From: a virus
Lineage: Duplodnaviria > Caudoviricetes
Length of the DNA: 51,760 nucleotides
IMG/VR virus record: IMGVR_UViG_3300024423_000004
Coordinates: 1-51,760 of that record
Strand: one strand, 5' to 3'
Shown: in pieces, positions 1 to 9,069 of the stretch
Numbering within the stretch: the stretch's first letter is position 1
Layout of the letters: every line of letters starts with the position of its first letter
The notes under the pieces: generated by a model
The model's database searches: none
The model's input: only the letters and a program-made list of their open reading frames with translations
Told to the model about the DNA's origin: nothing
Program-made: the position numbers and the translations under genes

Positions 1-3
1 AAA

Positions 4-129
4 AAAAATTAATGATGCAATTGAAAGTATTAAATAGATTAGAAGGACATGAAGAATTATTTGAAAATCAAGGTCGAAATTTTCCAAAGGAATCACTTAT
101 ACAAGAAAGGAAACGAATAAAAAAAGAAT
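4..129. repeat. Terminal direct repeat, left copy (126 bp); probable circular-assembly overlap
   Basis: 4-129 is identical to 51635-51760. An ORF starting at 51608 (MKIKNIEKAEKLMMQ...KKELKKL*) reads through the junction and stops at 142. Confidence 0.93.
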
Positions 130-139
130 TAAAAAAATT

Positions 140-298
140 ATGAAACCGATAAAAATTAAAGTTAAAAATAAAATTCGTGAAGGTATTTTATTGGACACTT
201 TTAAAGAAAGTGGTATTATGATGGGTATGTTTCAATATTTTCATGTACATGGTATATTTGTAGTTAAGATAAAAATAGATGATATAATAAAAGATTAA
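140..298 (+). CDS. Small hypothetical protein (MKPIKIKVKNKIREG...)
   Basis: Read by eye; 52 codons; ATG overlaps the TGA of the junction-spanning ORF. Confidence 0.55.
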   Translation: MKPIKIKVKNKIREGILLDTFKESGIMMGMFQYFHVHGIFVVKIKIDDIIKD

Positions 299-310
299 TT
301 TATTTATAAA

Positions 311-919
311 ATGAATATAAATAAATTAGAGGATAATATGGCTAGTTATAATGGCAGAAATATGCCAGATGAGAGAAAAATTGACCTTTCTACAAACAAA
401 AAATCTAAAAAAACAAATTGGGGTGCTTTAAAACAAGAGTGGATATCTACTAATGTTAGTTTAAATGGATTAGCCCAAAAATATGAATTAAATACATATA
501 CAGTATTAAATCATTACAGAAAAGAAAATTGGGCTTGGGAATTAAAAAAATTTAATAAGTTCATTGATGAAAAATATGATGAAGCATTATTGGCAAAGGC
601 GAAGGATTTTGCTGAAAGAGCTTCTCAATTAGATTCTGTTGTACTTAATGCTTCAGAAAAAATAGCTAATATTCTTGAATTTAAAATAGATCAAATAGTA
701 AATAATGAAGATAAATTAGTTCATTCTGAATTAGAAGATTTAGCAAAGACTTTAAAAGCAGCTTCTAAAGCTTTAATGAATACACATCATAATATTAGAT
801 TAGCTTCAAACAGATCAACTGAAATAACAGAAATTAATGATAATACTGATGTTGATAAAAAGATTAAAGCGTATTTAGATGAGGAAGATGTTGATCATTT
901 AATAGAAGAACATGAGTAA
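311..919 (+). CDS. Probable terminase small subunit (likely start 338)
   Basis: N-terminal HTH-like segment (NWGALKQEW...SLNGLAQKY...RKENW) followed by helical region; directly upstream of and overlapping TerL; GAGG precedes ATG 338. Confidence 0.7.
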   Translation: MNINKLEDNMASYNGRNMPDERKIDLSTNKKSKKTNWGALKQEWISTNVSLNGLAQKYELNTYTVLNHYRKENWAWELKKFNKFIDEKYDEALLAKAKDFAERASQLDSVVLNASEKIANILEFKIDQIVNNEDKLVHSELEDLAKTLKAASKALMNTHHNIRLASNRSTEITEINDNTDVDKKIKAYLDEEDVDHLIEEHE

Positions 920-2480
920 ACAAGAATTTAAAAATATAATAGATATTAATGCAAATGAAGCAGATTATTATACATTGGCTGTAGCTCTTCATAAGACACA
1001 TAAAAAGAAAAAGTTAAAATTGCAAGGGACTTTTTTAGAGGCTATTTATAGAGATACAAATAGATATATGGTAATAATGAAGTCTACTCAATGTGGAATA
1101 TCTGAATATCTTATAGTACGTGCTATAGCCAGAACTAGACAAGGTAAAAATATTTTTTATGTTTTACCTACTTTTGATTTGAAGAATCAATTTGTAAAAG
1201 AAAGAATTGATAAATCTATAGCTTTTACTCAATATTACCGATCTTTAATAAACAAGGGAGATAGAAAATTTACAGAAAGTACTTCCCTTAAAATGTTACT
1301 TAATGGTACAATGGCATATGTTGGTTCTAATACAGAAGTAGCTTTTGTTTCTTTTCCGGCAGACGATGCAATTATTGATGAACTTGATCAATGTAATCAA
1401 GATAATTTAACGATGGTCCCCGATAGGCAGGCAGCAAGTGAAGATAAATATACTGTCAAAGTGGCAAATCCAACATTAAACAATTTTGGTATACATGAAG
1501 AATATACAAATTCTGATCAAAAAAAATGGAATACAAAATGTTCAAATTGTGGTAAATATATATATCAAGATTTTTTTGAGCATGTTGTTCGTCAAATAGA
1601 TGATAATGTTTATATTTATAGGGATAAAGATTTTGATCCTTTAGGAGATAAAGACATTTTACCTATTTGTAATCATTGTAATAAACCTTATAATAGAAAA
1701 GCCTCTGGTGAATGGGTGAAAACACAAGAACATAGGCATAGTGGATATCAAATATCAAAGATGTTTTCTACTGCTGTAGAATTGAGGGAATTGACTGATA
1801 AATTACAAAAGGGTCTTGTTAATGATATAGAAATGCAAAGGCTTTATAATAGTGATTTGGGTTTGCCTTATGTGGCAAAAGGAAGTAAAGTTGATGAATT
1901 AATGCTTGATAGTTGTATTGTTCCGGATTTTATTATTCCTAGAAAAAATGAATATAGATGTGTAATGGGTATAGATGTCGGTTCTGTTTTTAATGTAGTA
2001 ATAAGGGAGATTTTACCGGATGGTAGATTGCGTCTTGTTTTTGCTGATGAAATTTATAGTGATGATGGAAAAGAATTGTACGAATTATATAAAAATTATG
2101 AGGTTGTTTGTGCTATCATTGATGGCCTGCCAGAAACTAGATTATCCAAAAAATTTTCTAGAGAATTTTCCGGTGCATTTATATGTTATTATGGAACAGA
2201 AAAGAAAGACAGCGTTAATGCTAAAGATAAAATAGTAACTGTTAATAGAACTCAGACCTTAGATGCAGTTAAAGAATATTTTTTAACACAAACATTTTTA
2301 TTACCTACAAATGCAAAAGATATAAAAAATTATTATGAGCAATTAACAGCTAGTACAAGAGTATTAAATGAAAAAAATAAAAAATATGAATGGCAAGAAG
2401 GAAGTAAAGCTGATCATTATATGCATGCTGAAGGATATTGTTTAACAGCTAAAAGAATATTATCAATGATAGGAGTATGA
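912..2480 (+). CDS. terL: Terminase large subunit, lambda GpA-like
   Basis: KSTQCGISE Walker A variant, IIDELD Walker B, CxxC pairs, C-terminal RNase H-like GIDVG and DHYMHA motifs. Confidence 0.9.
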   Translation: MSKQEFKNIIDINANEADYYTLAVALHKTHKKKKLKLQGTFLEAIYRDTNRYMVIMKSTQCGISEYLIVRAIARTRQGKNIFYVLPTFDLKNQFVKERIDKSIAFTQYYRSLINKGDRKFTESTSLKMLLNGTMAYVGSNTEVAFVSFPADDAIIDELDQCNQDNLTMVPDRQAASEDKYTVKVANPTLNNFGIHEEYTNSDQKKWNTKCSNCGKYIYQDFFEHVVRQIDDNVYIYRDKDFDPLGDKDILPICNHCNKPYNRKASGEWVKTQEHRHSGYQISKMFSTAVELRELTDKLQKGLVNDIEMQRLYNSDLGLPYVAKGSKVDELMLDSCIVPDFIIPRKNEYRCVMGIDVGSVFNVVIREILPDGRLRLVFADEIYSDDGKELYELYKNYEVVCAIIDGLPETRLSKKFSREFSGAFICYYGTEKKDSVNAKDKIVTVNRTQTLDAVKEYFLTQTFLLPTNAKDIKNYYEQLTASTRVLNEKNKKYEWQEGSKADHYMHAEGYCLTAKRILSMIGV

Positions 2481-2481
2481 T

Positions 2482-4029
2482 ATGTTGTATGATGCAAAGG
2501 GAAAGAAAATAGAAAAAGAATTAGTATATAGTAATGAAGTAACTGGATATCGATATAGAGGAAATGAGGAAAAGCCTAGGGGTGTCACAGTTTATAATTT
2601 GTCTGAAATAAGGAATTTTACTGGACGGGATCAACATGGACGTTTGTTATCAGTAGGTACAGAAGATACTTATTTTTCTTTAACAGTACAGCAGAGAATA
2701 GATATATTTAAATCATCTTCTCCTATTTTTGGTGTTGTTTCTTCAAGAATGAATAGATTATCAGGATTAAATTTCAATATAACTACACAGAAAAAAGATG
2801 AAGATAGAATAGCAGAGAAAATGAAAGATTTGAAGATGATTTATACTGAAATTGAGGATTCTGTAGAAATAGTTGATTTAACAAAAAAAGCAACAATAGT
2901 CAGACAATTACATCATTATCTGCCTGATTTGAAGGAAGATTTAAGTAATTTTAATGGTGCTTTATTGAGGTGGAAAAAAAGAATTAGATTTGAAAAACTT
3001 GATAGATGTGAAGAAATATCAGATTGGTTACAGCAACCAAACAATGGTAATACTTGGGAACAATTCATAAAAGAATATGTATTTGATTTAATGGTTCATG
3101 GTACTACTGCTATTTATAAAGACGTAGAAAATAATAAATTAACAAATTTTGGATTACTTCCTGGTGGTACTGTTTATAGAATAAAAGAACCTTATTTTTC
3201 TGGGAAAAATGGATACATACAAGTAATTAATGGTTTAACAGAGCCACAAGTATATTTCGATGATGAAATTGTTTACTCAGAGTATTTATCATCATCTGGA
3301 CGTAATTATGGTTTTATTCCTCTTGAGGCGCTGATTAATAAGATAGCTGAAAGTTTGCTTTTTGATAAATTAATGGCAGAACAAGCAGATGGAACAAAAC
3401 CACCAGAAAAATTAATTATTGTTACTGAAAGTAATCCTTTTGGTAGTTTAGATAATAATATTCATAAAGATATTCCTTTAAATGATGGTGAACAAAGAAG
3501 AGTAGAAGAAAAAATTAATCAGCCTGTAAAAGGTGCAACAATGACAGTTAGTGGCAATGGTGTTGAAGTTGTTGATCTTAGCCGTGAAAGTACAATGGAA
3601 ACACAAAGGCAACGTCAAAAAGATATTAGAGAAGAGGTCGCATTAGTCTTTAATATGTCGAATATGGAAGTCAATTTAACAGGTTCTGAAAATACTAGTG
3701 GTAGAAGTACATCAGAAGCACAAATGGAAATTGAACAAGGAAAAGGTATTGCCCCAATAGCTAAAGATATAGAATCTGTTATAACGAGGGGAATATTACC
3801 CTACCGGTTTGGTTCAGGTTATATGTTTGAGTTCGAGAAAAGCAGAAACGAAAAAGAGGAAAGTGAAATTGATTTACTTGAATTACAGACGGGCAAAATG
3901 ACACAAAACGAAATAAGAGAAAAATATAATAAGACCATTTATGTTGGTGAAGAATTTGATAAACCCAAAGACGCCGTACAAGAGACAGGTGAGAGTGAAA
4001 TGAGTCCCATGTTTACGAGGAATGTATAA
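2482..4029 (+). CDS. Portal protein
   Basis: Follows TerL; QPNN...WEQF...DLMVHG, YGFIPLEAL and EEVALVFN motifs resemble HK97-type portals. Confidence 0.85.
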   Translation: MLYDAKGKKIEKELVYSNEVTGYRYRGNEEKPRGVTVYNLSEIRNFTGRDQHGRLLSVGTEDTYFSLTVQQRIDIFKSSSPIFGVVSSRMNRLSGLNFNITTQKKDEDRIAEKMKDLKMIYTEIEDSVEIVDLTKKATIVRQLHHYLPDLKEDLSNFNGALLRWKKRIRFEKLDRCEEISDWLQQPNNGNTWEQFIKEYVFDLMVHGTTAIYKDVENNKLTNFGLLPGGTVYRIKEPYFSGKNGYIQVINGLTEPQVYFDDEIVYSEYLSSSGRNYGFIPLEALINKIAESLLFDKLMAEQADGTKPPEKLIIVTESNPFGSLDNNIHKDIPLNDGEQRRVEEKINQPVKGATMTVSGNGVEVVDLSRESTMETQRQRQKDIREEVALVFNMSNMEVNLTGSENTSGRSTSEAQMEIEQGKGIAPIAKDIESVITRGILPYRFGSGYMFEFEKSRNEKEESEIDLLELQTGKMTQNEIREKYNKTIYVGEEFDKPKDAVQETGESEMSPMFTRNV

Positions 4030-4214
4030 TGGCAGAAAGGGTAAATAATAATATTACATCAAATCAATTTGATAATTTAAGTAGTTCTTTTGCGTTAGAT
4101 TTAGTTGCAATGTTTAATTTATTACAGGAAGATGTAAATAAAATAATAATGCAGGCACAAAAAAATAATTTGACGCCTGAACAAATGTTAGAAAAAATTG
4201 AGGAATTGATATAA
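4029..4214 (+). CDS. Hypothetical protein
   Basis: 61-aa ORF translationally coupled to the portal gene. Confidence 0.6.
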   Translation: MAERVNNNITSNQFDNLSSSFALDLVAMFNLLQEDVNKIIMQAQKNNLTPEQMLEKIEELI

Positions 4215-4237
4215 TATAATAAAAATAGGAGAAAATT

Positions 4238-4795
4238 ATGCCAACACCAAAGTCAGGAGAAAAAGAGCAGGAATTTGTATCAAGATGTATGGGTGATTCT
4301 GATATGCAAAAATATGATCAAGATCAAAGGGCTGCTATATGTTTTTCAAAATTTAGAAGTAAATCAGAAAAGAAAAGTAGTGAAGCAATTAAAAGAAAAT
4401 CGGTTTTTTTTAATTTAAAAAAATTAGAGAAAATATTATTTACGCTTGTAAATTCTATAGAAAAAAAAGAAATAAGAAAAGGAATTATATTAGAAATTCC
4501 ACAATCGGTTATTGGTTCTTATTCAGAAGAAGGTCAAATTTTGTTTAAATCAATTTATTTTAAAAATCGTTTGTCCGATAAAAATATGGAAAAAAGTTTA
4601 AATTTAGCAAAAAATTTTCTTGATAGAGAAAATAAAGTTAATAAAGGTACTCTATTAAAAATGATTCAAAAAGAATTATCAAAAATAGTAAAAGCTAGAA
4701 AAGAAGATAAGAAAAAAGTATCTGTTGAAAATGATGTTCAATCAGTAGATGCAATTGATAGCATGGATGAAGTAAAACAATTTACAGGTAAATAA
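4238..4795 (+). CDS. Hypothetical head-module protein
   Basis: AGGAG RBS; N-terminal MPTPKSGE..EFVSRCM..QRAAIC motif typical of phage head-region proteins. Confidence 0.65.
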   Translation: MPTPKSGEKEQEFVSRCMGDSDMQKYDQDQRAAICFSKFRSKSEKKSSEAIKRKSVFFNLKKLEKILFTLVNSIEKKEIRKGIILEIPQSVIGSYSEEGQILFKSIYFKNRLSDKNMEKSLNLAKNFLDRENKVNKGTLLKMIQKELSKIVKARKEDKKKVSVENDVQSVDAIDSMDEVKQFTGK

Positions 4796-4798
4796 AAT

Positions 4799-5626
4799 AT
4801 GGCTAAAGTTCATATAAAAAGATTAGAAGAAAAATATGGAAAAGATAATATAAAAGGTAAAAAATATCAAGAAATATTATCAACGGTTATTGATCAAAAT
4901 ACAACAAATATAAATAATAAGGTCGCCAGACTTAATTCTACAGAATGGGAAAAATCATTAAGAAAGATAACCCCCAAAGAAAAGAAATTTGTTATTCCTG
5001 ATATTAGAGATGTTTTGCCTAAAAGAACAATTCACCTTAGAAAAGTGGCAGAACAAGGGAAATTTATTTCAGGTACTTTAAGGGATAAACTTACCCAAAA
5101 TTTACGTTCTATAATGACGGAATTTGAGACAAAAACTGGAGAACCTTCTTTTATTAGAAGGAGAGGTATAACTGCTGGTCGTATAAATCCAAAACTTATT
5201 GGAGTATTTGAAAAACAAACTAAACAAGTATTTGAAAATTATGTAAAAAGAGATAAAAAACTTGGTATGCCTAAAAATATTCATACTATAGCAGTAACTG
5301 AAGTTCGTAGTTCGATAAATGAAATAAAAAATTCTTATACTGATCAATTAATAAAAGAAAATCCAGAAATACAATCACGAAAAAGATGGATTCACAATAC
5401 AATGCTATCTAAAAAACCTAGAAGAGGGCATAAAATGATTGATGGTCAAGTGGTTCCTTTTAATGAAATGTTTAAAGTTCCACGTTATAAACAATTAAAA
5501 GGAAAACAAGTGCGGGTAGGTACAACTCTTATGTCTCACCCCCATGATCCAAATGCTCCAATTGATCAAATTATTGGATGTAATTGTGATTTTGATATTA
5601 TAGTAAGTAGAAAGAGGAAAGGATGA
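4799..5626 (+). CDS. Head morphogenesis / minor head protein (Mu gpF / SPP1 gp7-like)
   Basis: IAVTEV, KRW..R.GH..IDGQ and [15 protein letters not shown] motifs. Confidence 0.75.
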   Translation: MAKVHIKRLEEKYGKDNIKGKKYQEILSTVIDQNTTNINNKVARLNSTEWEKSLRKITPKEKKFVIPDIRDVLPKRTIHLRKVAEQGKFISGTLRDKLTQNLRSIMTEFETKTGEPSFIRRRGITAGRINPKLIGVFEKQTKQVFENYVKRDKKLGMPKNIHTIAVTEVRSSINEIKNSYTDQLIKENPEIQSRKRWIHNTMLSKKPRRGHKMIDGQVVPFNEMFKVPRYKQLKGKQVRVGTTLMSHPHDPNAPIDQIIGCNCDFDIIVSRKRKG

Positions 5627-5823
5627 TAGCAAAAATAATGCAAGCACAGTGTATTTCTTGCGGACAGTGTGCAGAAATTTGTCCGAGTGATGCAATCAGC
5701 GTTGATTTAAATAATTTGGGTAGAATTGGATATAAAAACTTCATAGTTGATAAAAAAAAGTGTACAGGTTGCGGTGCTTGTTTTGATTGCCCAATGAATG
5801 CTATCCGTACAGAGTTAGAATGA
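5623..5823 (+). CDS. 2[4Fe-4S] dicluster ferredoxin
   Basis: [12 protein letters not shown] and [11 protein letters not shown] cluster-binding motifs. Confidence 0.9.
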   Translation: MIAKIMQAQCISCGQCAEICPSDAISVDLNNLGRIGYKNFIVDKKKCTGCGACFDCPMNAIRTELE

Positions 5824-6008
5824 AGGGATATAAAACAAGTGCAAAGTGGTATAGTGATTTTAATATGATTATTCTTGATCCCGATGGATGGGATAGAAAA
5901 AATTATGATTTCAGTTGGCACGAAGAAGAAGTAACATGGAAAGAATTTAATAAAAGGGTACTATATTCGACAATAAGAGGTGCGAAAAAATGTATATATG
6001 GCAAATAG
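5820..6008 (+). CDS. Hypothetical protein (DPDGWDR motif)
   Basis: ATGA overlap with the ferredoxin stop; the ORF track start of 5787 is probably too long. Confidence 0.6.
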   Translation: MKGYKTSAKWYSDFNMIILDPDGWDRKNYDFSWHEEEVTWKEFNKRVLYSTIRGAKKCIYGK

Positions 6009-6082
6009 TACAAGTGATATTTTACTGTTCGTTTTCAGTAAGTTTAATTTCAGGAGTAATTTTATGGGCGCTAATAAAGTAA
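5990..6082 (+). CDS. 30-aa single-TM peptide
   Basis: GAGGTG RBS; [30 protein letters not shown]; below the ORF track cut-off. Confidence 0.45.
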   Translation: MYIWQIVQVIFYCSFSVSLISGVILWALIK

Positions 6083-6156
6083 AGGCAATATTTTGGAGTT
6101 GTTATTTAACAACGATTGGGCTAGTTATATATTTCGTATATAAGGCCTTTATATAA
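6064..6156 (+). CDS. 30-aa single-TM peptide
   Basis: AGGAG RBS at 6052-6056; MGANKVKAIFWSCYLTTIGLVIYFVYKAFI; TAATG coupling to the next ORF. Confidence 0.5.
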   Translation: MGANKVKAIFWSCYLTTIGLVIYFVYKAFI

Positions 6157-6323
6157 TGTTAGTAGCAACACCAATAAAAGATAAAAATCAAATATATGGT
6201 AATGCCATTGGAGAGGTATATATTTGTGGACATTGTGATAATGCAATATTTGAATGGTTTGATTATTGTTCACGTTGTGGGTGCCAAATAATTTGGGAGG
6301 ATTATGAAATTGAGTATAAATAA
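6156..6323 (+). CDS. Small zinc-ribbon protein (55 aa)
   Basis: YICGHC...DYCSRCG..IIW; read by eye. Confidence 0.65.
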   Translation: MLVATPIKDKNQIYGNAIGEVYICGHCDNAIFEWFDYCSRCGCQIIWEDYEIEYK

Positions 6324-6492
6324 TACATCAAAAAAAGTTCCAGTAGAATGTTATTCAAGGGTAGTAGGATATTTTCGCCCTGTAAACCAGTGGAATGCTG
6401 GCAAACAGGATGAATATATACAAAGAAAAGTGGCTGATATGAAGGAATTGAAGAAGCAATTCTTTAATAAGGACATTGGTAATGAATATTAA
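6304..6492 (+). CDS. Stand-alone C-terminal glycyl-radical segment of class III ribonucleotide reductase (NrdD-like)
   Basis: ECYSRVVGYFRPVNQWNAGKQDEY..RK matches the NrdD C-terminal R-x-x-G-Y...W-N-x-G-K-x-x-E motif; GGAGG RBS. Confidence 0.85.
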   Translation: MKLSINNTSKKVPVECYSRVVGYFRPVNQWNAGKQDEYIQRKVADMKELKKQFFNKDIGNEY

Positions 6493-7045
6493 GATTGAAA
6501 AAAGAATAAGAGAAAAATATCATCAAGGATTTGAACGTGAAATTTCTGATATTAATACTGTAGTTATACATGGAACAGCTGGTGGAAACAGTGCGAAAGG
6601 ACTTATTAAATGGATGCTTTCTGGAGAAAGGGAGGAACAATATAAAAGGGGTATAGCTTTATTCCATTATTTAATTGATAAAAATGGAAAAATATATGAA
6701 ATAATTAATCCTGATAGATGGGTTTATCATAGTTCAAGCGGTAGTCAAGATCAACATACAATAGGCATTGAGCTTATAAATTCAGGCAAAAATAATGAGG
6801 AAGAATATACTACAAAACAATATATAGCATTATGGAAGCTTCTTTTTGGTAAGATAGGGGAAAAATATAATATAAAAAGGATTATTGGACATGGAGCACA
6901 AAAAAGAAAGTGGTCAGGTGGATATAAAAATTGTCCAGGTAATTTTGAATGGTTTTATTTGGGAGCTGCTGTAAAATTATATGATTATAAGATATCAGAT
7001 TTTAATAAGGATGAAGAAAGAATAGATATTGAAAAAAGGAAGTAA
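6482..7045 (+). CDS. N-acetylmuramoyl-L-alanine amidase (Amidase_2), probable endolysin
   Basis: VVIHGTA, HYLIDKNG, YH, IGIEL, IIGH and KNCPG zinc-amidase motifs. Confidence 0.88.
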   Translation: MNIKIEKRIREKYHQGFEREISDINTVVIHGTAGGNSAKGLIKWMLSGEREEQYKRGIALFHYLIDKNGKIYEIINPDRWVYHSSSGSQDQHTIGIELINSGKNNEEEYTTKQYIALWKLLFGKIGEKYNIKRIIGHGAQKRKWSGGYKNCPGNFEWFYLGAAVKLYDYKISDFNKDEERIDIEKRK

Positions 7046-7351
7046 CAATAAATAAAAAATTATCAGATAAAAGACAATGAATAGTTTAGAAAAATTACAT
7101 GAAATGATTGAAGAAAGTGAAAAGAAATTAGGATTATCTAAAAGAGGGGTTATTGCAATTGATATAGAAAACCTTCCAATTGAAAAGGTAGTATTATTGG
7201 GCAAATATATTGATGAAGGACTGTTAACTCTAATAAAATAAAAGATAAATAAGACTTATTTTCTCCCCCCAGAGTACATAAAAGGGCAGTATTATAAGAA
7301 ATTTCAAATTTATTTATAAGGTGTAATATTAACTGAATAAGGTAATTTGTA

Positions 7352-8335
7352 ATGAGTAATGTTGAATTGAATAAACGTCAAATAAAGTTTCATTTTCACC
7401 CTCACCAATACGATGAAAAAAACCACACATTAGAAAAAGCTTTAGATGGAGATAAAAAAAGAAGGTATCTTTGTGGATCATCTTCAGGCTTAAAGATTGA
7501 TGGCCATGGAGAAAGAATGACTCAAAAGGCTATAGATTCTTTTATGAAGCAAGCCAATGCAGGGGATATTTTACTTTATACTGATGTACATGGAATAAAA
7601 GCAACTGAAGATATAGGGATTTTAACAAAAGCTGAGATTTTGTCTAATGGAGATTGGTATACAGAATATAGACTTTATGATGAACAAGATGGTGTTGGTC
7701 AGATAAAGAAAGAAACAATTGATACAATTTGGAAACAAATAAATGGTTTTCCCCCTTATAAAAATCCTAGACAAAAAGGTTTTAGTGTAGAAGGTTTCAT
7801 TCCAGATACAGCAATCCTTAATAATGGACTTGAAAGAAAAGCAATTGATGATGTGGATTTAGATGGTGTATTGTTAGTACCTCGTCCAGCTTATCAAGAT
7901 TCAGTGGCAACGGCAATTATGAAGGCTTTAGGAGAAACAACTCCAGAGAGAACACAATCACTTCAAAAATCATTACAGATTCAAGTAAAAGAAAAAGATA
8001 TTAATGACGCTTATTATAAATATAAGTGGGACTTTACGGATGCTCTTGAAAGAACAATAGAGCAAATTATGGTTAAGAAGAATAATAATAAAAAAGATGA
8101 ATTAAATATTGTATTCAAGGAATATGGACAACTCATGTCGGATTTAGTAATAAAATCTGAATCCGTATTTAGTGTTGATTCTATAGATAACTATTTTCGA
8201 GAAAGCGATTTTTCGGATAAAGAGACACCTGAAGGTGAATCAAAAGAGACTAAAACATCCTCCAGATTGGAAATGTATAAGTCATTATTAAAAGAAATCA
8301 CAATATTAAGAAAATCAATGGAGGAACAAAAGTAA
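7352..8335 (+). CDS. Prohead protease-like protein
   Basis: D.HGERM, H, GFSVEG and LV.RPA motifs; upstream of scaffold and capsid genes. Confidence 0.72.
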   Translation: MSNVELNKRQIKFHFHPHQYDEKNHTLEKALDGDKKRRYLCGSSSGLKIDGHGERMTQKAIDSFMKQANAGDILLYTDVHGIKATEDIGILTKAEILSNGDWYTEYRLYDEQDGVGQIKKETIDTIWKQINGFPPYKNPRQKGFSVEGFIPDTAILNNGLERKAIDDVDLDGVLLVPRPAYQDSVATAIMKALGETTPERTQSLQKSLQIQVKEKDINDAYYKYKWDFTDALERTIEQIMVKKNNNKKDELNIVFKEYGQLMSDLVIKSESVFSVDSIDNYFRESDFSDKETPEGESKETKTSSRLEMYKSLLKEITILRKSMEEQK

Positions 8336-9054
8336 TGGGAAAAAATGTGAACAAGGCATTATCACCAGAAGAGCTAACAGCTCTAAGTAATATTCAGTCT
8401 ATAATTAGTGAATTAGTACAAATGTCCGGAGGAGTAGAAGCTCCAATGGAAGAAGAAGTAATGATGGCGGAGAATGAAGCTCCACCCAAAGAAGTACAAG
8501 AAAAAATTGATGAAGAAGATGAAGATTCAGTAAATAAAGGTATTATTACTACACCTTCTGATTCTGCTACTGCATCGGATGATGCTGTAGAGAGAATGGA
8601 AGAAGTTCAAACGGAACTAACTGAAGAGAATGTAAATGAAGTTGCTAAGGCACTTAACGTACTTGCTTCTCTTCAAACAAAGAAAAAAGCAGTGAAAAAG
8701 TCTGCTAATCAATTGATTTTAGAAGAAATTGGCAAAGTTGCCGGTATTCAAAAATCAAATCAAGAACAAATTCAGGAGGTCCAAAAAGCTCTTTTTAGTG
8801 TAATTGAAGGTATGGGAATTACAAAGCAATTTGAAATAGCTCAAAAATCACAAATTGGTAATCCACAAGTTGGACAAGATGTGCAAAATGAGCAAATGCT
8901 TCAACATATTAAAAAAGCTTTAGGGTCTTCTGATAATATTCAAAAGGAACAAAACAAATTTCTTTCTAATGGGGAAATAGCACGTAAAAATTTAAAAGAT
9001 CGTCAAGTCTTAACTGGTATTTTAGGACAAAGAAATTCAAGAAGATTTGGATAA
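8335..9054 (+). CDS. Probable capsid scaffolding protein
   Basis: Acidic, helical protein between the protease and the major capsid gene. Confidence 0.55.
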   Translation: MGKNVNKALSPEELTALSNIQSIISELVQMSGGVEAPMEEEVMMAENEAPPKEVQEKIDEEDEDSVNKGIITTPSDSATASDDAVERMEEVQTELTEENVNEVAKALNVLASLQTKKKAVKKSANQLILEEIGKVAGIQKSNQEQIQEVQKALFSVIEGMGITKQFEIAQKSQIGNPQVGQDVQNEQMLQHIKKALGSSDNIQKEQNKFLSNGEIARKNLKDRQVLTGILGQRNSRRFG

Positions 9055-9069
9055 AGGAGAATAAAAATT

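Noticed and set aside
4-129. Biological terminal repeat of the virion DNA
   Set aside because: It falls mid-ORF and its length is similar to an assembler k-mer overlap, so an assembly artefact of circularity is more likely.
4572-4580. Additional TGTCCGATA copy as a promoter
   Set aside because: Inside a CDS and lacks a correctly spaced TAAA-like element; could be chance.
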